A stretch of DNA of 37,851 bases, taken from positions 1-37,851 of the forward strand of contig JABHOU010000189.1 of NCBI GenBank assembly GCA_018695085.1, read 5' to 3'. The notes under the pieces are model-generated. The model ran no database searches, was not told the origin of the DNA, and worked only from the letters and a program-made list of their open reading frames with translations. The stretch comes from Opitutia bacterium. GTDB taxonomy: Bacteria; Verrucomicrobiota; Verrucomicrobiia; Opitutales; Seribacteraceae. Numbering within the stretch: the first letter of the stretch is position 1; each line of letters begins with the position of its first letter. Positions 10,701 to 16,454 of the stretch are shown piece by piece. A program made the translations under genes and the position numbers.

Positions 10701-13700
10701 GCCTTCCCTCAGAAAAAATAACTCGAGGAACCTCTTGATATCCACTGCCATTTTGATCCAACGTAACAGAGATTCCACCGATTCTTAAATGCTCTGCCTT
10801 GATTTGAGCACTGAAGTTTCCGTCCCCACTTGCAGGGTCGGCGCTAATTGTGGACGCATTGTAGTCCGATCCCGCAGAAACCACCTCCACAGAAGCGATC
10901 ACCCCATTTTTAACGGTCGCCCCTGCTTCATTCGCATCAAAACCGTTGCCTGTTTTACTGTCTACAACCACCCGAAGATAATTAGGCACATAACTGTTTC
11001 CACCTGAAAAAATCTGAATTTCAGTAACGGTTCCATTTTCGTCTACTCCTAGACCAGCCAAGGCTCCAGTCCCCTTAGTATTGGTGTTTTGAAGGTCAAA
11101 TATTTTGACTATGTCATCCTTGGTGTAGCCCATTCCCCCAGTCAGTACCGGTATGGAGGTCAATACTCCGTTTACGATATGAGGCTTCATCTCCAAACCG
11201 CTTCCATTTGAGTCATCCACGCTAAGTTTAACCTCATCCGTGTAGCCAGAACCACCATTGAGAACGGTTACTACTGAAACAGCGTTAGGATTAAGGACAC
11301 TGGCAGTCGCTTGCGCCCCTATTCCACCACCACCGGCAATAATAACATTCGGTTCCTCAATGTAATCGGAACCCATATCATCCATTACGATTCTTGCAAC
11401 TTGGCCAAAATGTGGATCATTCGGGTCGTTCGTCGAGTGCAAAACCGCATGAGCGCGAGCAATTTTTTTAGTGTGCTCGCCTGGTTGCAGGAGAGTAACT
11501 GTAGGGGGGGAATTTGGCGTGGCTTGTGATTCGATATGTTCGGGCCTCACCTCAAAAGTTATAGGATCGGAAATAACATAATGATCACCAAAATCACCAA
11601 CATTTCCAACGGCCATGGCATGAAACTGGTAAACTCCAGCCTCGGGAGGCATCCAAGTTGTTTCGAACTCTTCCATCTCGCTGTTGAGAATAGGGGTTCC
11701 ATTGGTCACGCGCTCCAAGGTCACGCCATTGGCAAAAAACTGCACGCGGGAAACCCCGTTGCCGAAACCAAAAAAGCCACCGCCACCATTACCCTTAGCA
11801 AGAGCCCGCAACCTCATACCCTGCGCCGATATAGAAACCGTATCTAGAGACACTTCGGGCCTAGGGGAAGTATTGTTTGCGTTCGTTCCCGCCAAGCTTT
11901 CTGTTCGGACAACGTTCCCGTCATTGTCCATAACCTCGACCTTAAAAATAAAGTCCTCGGCAAGAGTTACTTTCCAGCGAAAAGCATATACGTCGCCAAA
12001 ACGATATTCTGGCTCGCCCAATAAAGTATCATTATAGAAGAAACGAATATATTCCAAGTGCCCATCGGGGTCGTAAGCTCTAACATTCACAAAAAGTTCG
12101 GAGCCAACGCTGTAATCCGGAAAAGTATCTCCTCCCACGCCACCGGGAACCGGCTCCTCTAAAATCGCGATCGGCAGAAGACCCGTAGATTCATTTGTTA
12201 TCTCAATAATTGACGTGCTTAAATTAGTTTCAAGAGAAGTTTCTCCTAAGCTATTGGTGGCAGTCGCACTAACATGGTAGGTGCCCGGACGGTCGGGCGT
12301 CCACTTAAACAGAAACCTTCCCTCTCGACTAAAAACACCTGGGGCAGGAAAGGTTTGCGTGGCAATGCCTTCTTGATTGTTAACGAAAACATTTATACTT
12401 TCAACTGTTCCCTGAGTAGTTTCGGCAATGAAGCTTATTTCTACCTCGTTCCCTAGCAAAAACTTATTTCTGCTCTGATCGACTGGGTCAGGGTCAGAGA
12501 GAATAACCGTCACTTCAGAGGTCGTCTTTAACGCCTCAGTCTTTCGGTCATGCACGTAGATATCTCGAAATCCGTTTGTATCCGCGGGGTTTTGGTTGGT
12601 TGCTCCAAATAAAAGTCCACCTGCGCCTTGAACATCCGAGCTGTAAGAAATGAAACGGCCATTACCGGTTATCGAGGGAAACCGGTTGGAGGGCATAGTC
12701 GTCGTCGCGTTCGTTCTGTAATTTACCGGCAAACCAAATTTACTGGTGGTGATTCTTTCGTTTAAACTCTTTGAGTGGTCATACAGGTAGATATCGTCAG
12801 TAACTTGATCTTTGTTGACCAAGAGAGCAGGTCGCCCATTGGACATCATGCCCGAACTTATGTTTGTGTTGATTTCAGAAAATCCGAATATCACGGGATC
12901 AGGAGCAATGATAGGGGTGGCTCGGGTAAAACCCGTTCCGCCGACAAGCATGTTGCTCTGCATTGTCGCGGTAAGAGACGATGGGTTTCCAGAGGTCGCT
13001 CTTCCTCGAAGGGCGCTAACAACCAAAAAGTCCGCGCCAAGGGTTTTCTCGGATACCTGAAGACCCTCATATAGGGGGGAATTGGTATCGGTTGGCCAAA
13101 GACCTTCGAGCGCTTGCGCAACCGCATCGCGCACACCAACAACCGACAGTCCAGAAATGCCGATCGAATTGCCCACGACATTAGCCGAAAATGCATCAAA
13201 AGTTAAAGTTTCCGTTTTCAAGTGGTCAGAAACTGTCAAGGTAGCACCATGCAGACCCACCGTACTCTGAACCACAAGCCTTATGCGTTGCTCCAGAAAA
13301 ACTTCCCCATTGGGACCCAAATGGATGCGGTCGGGGTTTACCTTTGCATCGGGTTTTCCATCATTGTCCAAATCCGCACCATCTCCATCAATAATTATGC
13401 CTGCACCCTGATTGAGAACTTGTTCTTTAGTGTAACCGAGACCTTCGTCGTCCATTTCCAAACGAAGAATGGTCCCGCCTCCAGATCGATTGTTTCCAAT
13501 ACCACTGGTGACCGGGTGGCTGATAGACTTTAATTGAAAGCCCGTTCCAGCCCTAGGGTTATCAATGGATATCATTGTTTGCGAATAGTCGTAGTTGTTA
13601 CCCGAATTAAAAATGGATATGTCGGCAATGCGTCCGTAATTATCAACGTGATATAGGGCAAGCGCCCCAGATCCGCTACCGGAAAGATCCTCGATTCGAA

Positions 13701-16308
13701 GCTGTCCGTCTTGATATCCTTCTCCAGAATTCTGAACCTCGATTTCACCAATTGGCCCTCCAAGTATAGCTCTTGCTCTTGCCATCCTAAAAGTTGCATT
13801 CGGAAAAACCCTACGGTCTTCTCGCTCTATGTTTGCAGCCAAGAGATTACTAGCCTGTGTAGAATACGCCAACAAGCCTCCATCGTAATTGAGGGTCGGT
13901 TCACGACTTCCCTTGTCACCTCCTACCGAAAGAACACTTTCACTGGCTCGATTGACTACAGTCTTGTTGTCTATCAATGACTGCACGGGCACTCTATAAA
14001 CGTCGCCTTCCGGATGCGTAAGGCGAGCCTCAAGAATGGCAAGGCGAGTGGGCCCAATATCGGCAGGGTCGGGCACCACGGTTACCTTGGGCGCTCTATA
14101 CAGATTACCCGGCAATAATACAGAAACACCTATAATCTCACCATAAGAGTTAATTTGAGCCTCCGCAGTCGCCCCTGAACCCAAACCGCTCGTATCGGTT
14201 ATGGCAATGGATGGAGTCAGAGTATAGCCAACTCCTGCATCCTTAATTTCGATTGTCGAAATACCTTTCTCTGTAACAAGGTTTTTAGCGGAAGAAGTAT
14301 AGGCAATGATCTTCCCGTCGCCACTTATGGCGGGCTCTGATGAAGCGCCTTCGATAGTTCTTGCTTGCCCTGAGGTCACGTTCACCAAGTACATAGCCGA
14401 GGTATTTCGCTCCCAAAGAAAAATATCAGAATACTCGTTGTTATCTAAATCTGTTGAACTATCTATGTTCGATAGGGTGAAATTGTCGGCATAGGAGGTG
14501 AATACAACGCGATTCCCATCCTCGCTGATATCCGCGTCAATGCTTGCAAAGTTACCGATGGCTGTAATGGGAGATAATTTATTTAAGTTTGTTCCATTTG
14601 AATCCCAAACAAAGATATTGCTACCCGAAAAAGATTGCGGGGCCTCGCTAAGGTTTGACGCCAAGGATTCAAAAGCCACAACTGAACCGTCTCCATTGAT
14701 AGAAGGATAATAACTGCCACCATCGGGATTGCCGAAGTCAGTACTTGTCGACAGACGAAATATTCGATTGGCCACTCGATCAAAAAGAAAAACATCCGCA
14801 TGCTCATTAGTATCACCGGGAACCAGATTCGACGCACTCGAATGAAAAGCTAGGAATTTTCCATCTGCACTTACGCTGGGAGCAAAGCTGGATCCATTGG
14901 CAGCAGTGTTATTAAAACTCCTGGTCACCTGAGTTTCTTGGTTGGAGAGTGTATCCAGTAGAAAAATGTTAACTACTCCGCCAACGGAAGATTCGAAAGC
15001 AACGTATTGGCCCGTTTGATCATAAGAAGGGCGAGAGCTCCAATTGTTTCTGCTCTCACTAACAGACGTAGTATCCCCAGCATTATTTGATCGTAATGTA
15101 ATGGAAGGAGTAGGTTGAGAGACAAATGTTTGGCCACCCAAATTTGCCACAATGTAAAAATCTCCTTCGAAACTGTCGGGCAACCTCTGAATCCAGTCAA
15201 GAGTTACGGTCTCATTAGGCCGCAGGCCTAAGCCCAGCCCACTTCCTCCGAGGTCAAATTCACGCAAGATGAAGTCGTCCCCATCTATTCCGCTTTGGTC
15301 TCGAGAGAGCGCAACGGTTGCCTGAAAAGCATCACCTGCTTGAACGGGACCCGTTCCGGCATTGCGAACGGCAAAACGAAAATGAGCAGGTGCCATCCCT
15401 TGAAAAGTTCCGGTATCACTGGAAAAACTTCCGTTGACGACCTGCATGTTTGCAGTTGGACTTACGTTGAACTGAACCGTTGCTTGGTTGTTATTTTCCG
15501 TATGCTCGATTAAAATATCAGGAGAACCGGCATCTACGTTCACCGTCACGTCATAGGTGCCATTGCCATCTATGGGAATGGATAATTCGTCGATCGTAAA
15601 ATCGATCGTATCCCCGCTTGCAAAAGGAAAAGGGTTGAGGGCGTTTTGATTCGGCAAAACAATCGATTGCTTATCCACCTCTTCTCCATCCTGCAGCAAC
15701 CTTGCCTCTACCCGGAAGTAGACGTTCGGTTGGGTTTGAACTCGCCCGACATTAGCTACGGTACCAGAAACGCTGACATTTCGGCCGGGTAGAGCCGTTG
15801 CGGGTCCCACTAAGTTGTTTATTGTTACATCCGGAATGACTAGGGAAAAGGTAGAGGTATCGCGGTTATTGGTTCCATTAACGTCTCTGGGCGTAATCAC
15901 ATTCGTGATGACAGTCCAGCTAGCGTTGTTGCTCCACTGGGCGGCTTGAGCCCATGGCATTCGAAGGTTTACCGTGTTATCCGGGGTGCTTTGATTAATG
16001 GACAGTCCGGTTAAGATTTGCCCGGTTCTGCTTAATGAAGGTACGGCTTGACCATCCGGGCCATTGACCTCAACAGACCAAGTAATATTTTCCCCGGCGA
16101 AGACTTCTTCCGTTCCGTCATTGAAAATGCGAAAGGTTACGTCGAAAGTGCCTCCTGCAAAAACTTCCGTGAAAGCATCGGTGTCGATCCTGAGATCGGG
16201 AACAAGTACTTGGCCCCTGAGAGTGGAGTGACCCACGAAAAAAGTTAGGCACAGTAAGATTAGTCGAGCCATGAGGGCGGATTGACTATTGGCATTCATC
16301 ATTATCAC
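4735..16308 (-). CDS. Giant secreted multidomain surface protein (up to 3857 aa): CARDB/Ig-like N-terminal modules, PD40 beta-propeller blades, many Ig-like modules, GxGY repeats, TSP3-like Ca-binding loop, Q/N/G/F low-complexity domain, Trp-rich C-terminal module
   Basis: An uninterrupted 11.6-kb ORF. The track start at 16308 is a GTG. ATG codons follow at 16302, 16299 and 16272, and the last gives a classic signal peptide MARLILLCLTFFVGHSTLRG. Recurrent motifs are SxDG(K/R)xxAFxS (PD40) and ASDPDGxxxxVxFYxNG...WxPxxxGxYxxxAxAxDNxGN (Ig-like modules). Confidence 0.9.
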   Translation of the reverse strand: MIMMNANSQSALMARLILLCLTFFVGHSTLRGQVLVPDLRIDTDAFTEVFAGGTFDVTFRIFNDGTEEVFAGENITWSVEVNGPDGQAVPSLSRTGQILTGLSINQSTPDNTVNLRMPWAQAAQWSNNASWTVITNVITPRDVNGTNNRDTSTFSLVIPDVTINNLVGPATALPGRNVSVSGTVANVGRVQTQPNVYFRVEARLLQDGEEVDKQSIVLPNQNALNPFPFASGDTIDFTIDELSIPIDGNGTYDVTVNVDAGSPDILIEHTENNNQATVQFNVSPTANMQVVNGSFSSDTGTFQGMAPAHFRFAVRNAGTGPVQAGDAFQATVALSRDQSGIDGDDFILREFDLGGSGLGLGLRPNETVTLDWIQRLPDSFEGDFYIVANLGGQTFVSQPTPSITLRSNNAGDTTSVSESRNNWSSRPSYDQTGQYVAFESSVGGVVNIFLLDTLSNQETQVTRSFNNTAANGSSFAPSVSADGKFLAFHSSASNLVPGDTNEHADVFLFDRVANRIFRLSTSTDFGNPDGGSYYPSINGDGSVVAFESLASNLSEAPQSFSGSNIFVWDSNGTNLNKLSPITAIGNFASIDADISEDGNRVVFTSYADNFTLSNIDSSTDLDNNEYSDIFLWERNTSAMYLVNVTSGQARTIEGASSEPAISGDGKIIAYTSSAKNLVTEKGISTIEIKDAGVGYTLTPSIAITDTSGLGSGATAEAQINSYGEIIGVSVLLPGNLYRAPKVTVVPDPADIGPTRLAILEARLTHPEGDVYRVPVQSLIDNKTVVNRASESVLSVGGDKGSREPTLNYDGGLLAYSTQASNLLAANIEREDRRVFPNATFRMARARAILGGPIGEIEVQNSGEGYQDGQLRIEDLSGSGSGALALYHVDNYGRIADISIFNSGNNYDYSQTMISIDNPRAGTGFQLKSISHPVTSGIGNNRSGGGTILRLEMDDEGLGYTKEQVLNQGAGIIIDGDGADLDNDGKPDAKVNPDRIHLGPNGEVFLEQRIRLVVQSTVGLHGATLTVSDHLKTETLTFDAFSANVVGNSIGISGLSVVGVRDAVAQALEGLWPTDTNSPLYEGLQVSEKTLGADFLVVSALRGRATSGNPSSLTATMQSNMLVGGTGFTRATPIIAPDPVIFGFSEINTNISSGMMSNGRPALLVNKDQVTDDIYLYDHSKSLNERITTSKFGLPVNYRTNATTTMPSNRFPSITGNGRFISYSSDVQGAGGLLFGATNQNPADTNGFRDIYVHDRKTEALKTTSEVTVILSDPDPVDQSRNKFLLGNEVEISFIAETTQGTVESINVFVNNQEGIATQTFPAPGVFSREGRFLFKWTPDRPGTYHVSATATNSLGETSLETNLSTSIIEITNESTGLLPIAILEEPVPGGVGGDTFPDYSVGSELFVNVRAYDPDGHLEYIRFFYNDTLLGEPEYRFGDVYAFRWKVTLAEDFIFKVEVMDNDGNVVRTESLAGTNANNTSPRPEVSLDTVSISAQGMRLRALAKGNGGGGFFGFGNGVSRVQFFANGVTLERVTNGTPILNSEMEEFETTWMPPEAGVYQFHAMAVGNVGDFGDHYVISDPITFEVRPEHIESQATPNSPPTVTLLQPGEHTKKIARAHAVLHSTNDPNDPHFGQVARIVMDDMGSDYIEEPNVIIAGGGGIGAQATASVLNPNAVSVVTVLNGGSGYTDEVKLSVDDSNGSGLEMKPHIVNGVLTSIPVLTGGMGYTKDDIVKIFDLQNTNTKGTGALAGLGVDENGTVTEIQIFSGGNSYVPNYLRVVVDSKTGNGFDANEAGATVKNGVIASVEVVSAGSDYNASTISADPASGDGNFSAQIKAEHLRIGGISVTLDQNGSGYQEVPRVIFSEGRHLSSDYPFQFVLGSRVILEAEGKDVDGQVTEVRFYGNGSILGASTNGNLGGLTIVNPGAGFDPQAPPQLGFAGGGGSGAAGTVTVNANGVINGVTLTNPGTGYTTPPTVTITPGGGAVIDATLDATVINSARKIPGTDHFILEWIPDAPGVYEISAEAIDDGMKSAFHSAGHHVIIIPGSPSQIPSVSLTSPTNGEAITGGSEMRFYASASDPDGKLEWVRFYVNGVPYGEPITAAAGKGQKNFPYSTLWTAGSGHGVHSVVAVGMDNSGNSVMSNFSTLSSTSGSGSLPDVALAYPVRNAEITATWGGDHNNTIVPVIKHGGVGYASSPEIAITGANGADVSAMVQTDSTKPNFGTIESLNMKNHGIKDPNDSNITINVSGGFPVLKPSGESAEAVLRLRLDGVTFRVQVLDGGSGYKSAPQVEIQGGGTGMTATATIANESVTAVTITNQGNGYTPGTPVTFRGGFNFNEIPLTAEASDADGYVSVVTFYENGVPIPGGQDAYEPYEAIWSPGSAGVYELYAVARDNHGNKKVSSVIKREVFESIPPSFEFEPLNFADLSLTGLLDENNILAHGEVNASNILFRGKGYHSAPELYIVDGDVTSPIGTVTISPKDEDNNSSGQINKVMLTGGGKFSPAAKFVFKGGLNTAIKPMTANLGEAVFIGIQANDPDTLINNNGFQVFVNGTEDTALQVGGAYPHYSLLWDPPSLGLFDIRVHGNSIDGLSARTKTLSINVERGKVPTVEMMVPRTKESQDEETHLPTYTAGIPVHFVFNASDPDGEISQLFIYSGATQIGQFGGGGGGGGGVVTRDGTTSRYSFTWTPTIPGVHEITARAIDNTNQESFSWPISIKIVEMGGSLPPEVEFVFPNAGLALTSTSMARIYATGSDPDGSVQSLDFYINGHLLSEHNVSSVTDTIKRTFSTEWNVSRSEMHTLHAEIRDNSGNGVMSNAITVTSTTGSGDAPKISLRGLNETPYLINDSLFLEAMILDPNPNIGLSFGVQWVGFLVNGVSVDTGGAPDTLPPYYTTWTPTQPGIYEILAYARDEEGNLFFSAPSKVTVVSETSEILAFTSLNRPLSGNAQLGALTISSTNGNVRRSGFGASVVGNTNISGLSTSFMTDLVPGQIIRFGRVDSATGQYVTTENTFKVTKILSTDTLEIEEKLTNDKGEPLAPYLNDFNLLQQWLEVQVVEVYRAGSWIFLAADQTANTPNVASVRFYVGGILVSTDTTWPFSSGFIPADAGSYSIRAIATDQNGIEKLAEKRIEVLPQIGELPDGAYSHYPSLTRQGATTRGSRLVFVPAIVDLDDGVNRVEFYLNGQFYHVDDKAPFYCIFSPDSSTSLFETDRFWELTAVAVDNSDNRISLTDRGTVAGSVQLPEATMISPLPETEYTVGQVMNITVEVKGVNLPRVIGPDATAGNNPNAAQQARQMALFANGAEIGLANETSFGSGRFTFEWSTKQEVAGSDDKVDLFGAVVMQNETIGGMTYTPSIVSSPITITLTKRNPLGEMKSAVSQFYKDLLFYEPSEQEVELSLDYIGGGTHGEYIFNDTAFLNWVSNISQRQSFQDLVSAVAGYYITMGYWPSKNLMDDALQTYSAIPNYGTDGSGDTDGDGYSTNQEVLWKTSDTNATDFPDNAFRLGSYLDMTFSSLPFLRTHGAIGPFNGDENEFNRRSFVTLLFGNKHGLEPTLQQQVQGSYRIKSLDPQQAQQNNQQQQMIQQMMMYSMMGGGFGGGGRGNNNNNNNNNMFGGGFGGGMFGGGGGMFGGGGNNQPAPATPNYKNGDGAVLFTTHMVLEEQVDGLDLLWEAPKKQHEFQTAAAMLALWQDNLVSLDQAEINKYSSMPMASQIQAMMKDHRYRSRFANMSISKDAEEHQTAKDWKYLPWLGFYSDRTFPWIYHTGGDDSANGLGWVYVQAPTSKEAWFYISGIGWMWSSESIWNNEKLTANGSLLPLFDSSSGKWTAYRLGSDPAKPGRLFYDYDLKEYEKR
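4738..5067 (-). other. Trp-rich C-terminal module of the 3857-aa protein (110 aa)
   Basis: Sequence DWKYLPWLGFYSDRTFPWIYHTGGDDSANGLGWVYVQAPTSKEAWFYISGIGWMWSSESIW... It aligns by eye with the last 93 aa of the 4390-aa protein. The shared pattern is W(L/F)GxF..(P/S)W(I/V)(Y/F)H..LGW(V/L)YV....WF(Y/W)....W(M/W)W(S)S. Confidence 0.7.
5386..5589 (-). repeat. Low-complexity Q/N/M then Gly-Phe/Asn domain (aa 3574-3641 of the 3857-aa protein)
   Basis: Translation: DPQQAQQNNQQQQMIQQMMMYSMMGGGFGGGGRGNNNNNNNNNMFGGGFGGGMFGGGGGMFGGGGNNQ. The DNA shows imperfect tandem CCGCC(A)AACAT units. The alternative-frame ORFs listed here (5304-5507, 5370-5672, 5386-5664) are artefacts of this low complexity. Confidence 0.9.
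5461..5487 (-). repeat. Coding trinucleotide microsatellite ATT(GTT)7ATT, encoding Asn9
   Basis: Read directly from the + strand: attgttgttgttgttgttgttgttatt. It is in frame with the giant ORF (AAT (AAC)7 AAT on the coding strand). Confidence 0.95.
6200..12470 (-). repeat. Array of at least 10 diverged Ig-like beta-sandwich modules, interleaved with GxGY repeat blocks
   Basis: A recurring module of about 90-100 aa. Examples: VRAYDPDGHLEYIRFFYNDTLLG...VEVMDNDGN; ASASDPDGKLEWVRFYVNGVPYG...AVGMDNSGN; AEASDADGYVSVVTFYENGVPI...AVARDNHGN; NASDPDGEISQLFIYSG...ARAIDNTNQ; TGSDPDGSVQSLDFYINGH...AEIRDNSGN; VASVRFYVGG...AIATDQNGI; VNRVEFYLNGQ...AVAVDNSDN. The similarity is at protein level only and the DNA copies are diverged. 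Boundaries are approximate. Confidence 0.65.
10350..11390 (-). repeat. Densest block of the GxGY / GGGGxGA tandem repeat in the 3857-aa protein
   Basis: Units such as MGSDYIEEPNVIIAGGGGIGAQATASVLNPNAVSVVTVLNGGSGYTDEVKLSV, GGMGYTKDDIVKIF, GGNSYVPNYLRVVV, AGSDYNAS, NGSGYQEVPRVIF and PGAGFDPQAPPQLGFAGGGGSGAAGTVTVNANGVINGVTLTNPGTGYTTPPTVTITPGGG. More copies lie at about 9310-9470, 9680-9760, 13590-13750 and 14080-14250. Confidence 0.7.
14290..15045 (-). repeat. PD40 / TolB-like beta-propeller blade repeats
   Basis: Repeats: SRPSYDQTGQYVAFESS..NIFLLD; FAPSVSADGKFLAFHSSASNLVPGDTNEHADVFLFD; YYPSINGDGSVVAFESLASNL..NIFVWD; ISEDGNRVVFTSYADNF..DIFLWE; SEPAISGDGKIIAYTSSAKNLV. Isolated extra blades lie near 13840-13900 and 12550-12690. 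Confidence 0.7.
16210..16272 (-). other. Predicted Sec signal peptide of the 3857-aa protein
   Basis: MARLILLCLTFFVGHSTLRGQ has a positively charged n-region, a hydrophobic core and a small-residue region. The cleavage site is not determined. Confidence 0.5.
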
Positions 16309-16341
16309 TAAGGTTGATTTAAAAATACATTAGAAACGCCC

Positions 16342-16369
16342 ATTATGTAATATGTAATATCATGTTTAA
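16342..16369 (-). promoter_or_regulatory. Candidate sigma70-like promoter for the 3857-aa gene, inside an AT-rich spacer
   Basis: On the minus strand: TTAAAC (16369-16364), 16 nt, CATAAT (16347-16342). The match to consensus is weak (3/6 and 5/6). The element lies inside the tandem ATGTAAT ATGTAAT sequence. There is no experimental support. Confidence 0.2.
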
Positions 16370-16454
16370 TTAGCGTTTAGCGCTTTGTTTTTCAGCAGAT
16401 TGCTTATTATTAGGCGCGTGAAAAGGGAGTTGCTTGGAAAAAATTTAGTGGGGT

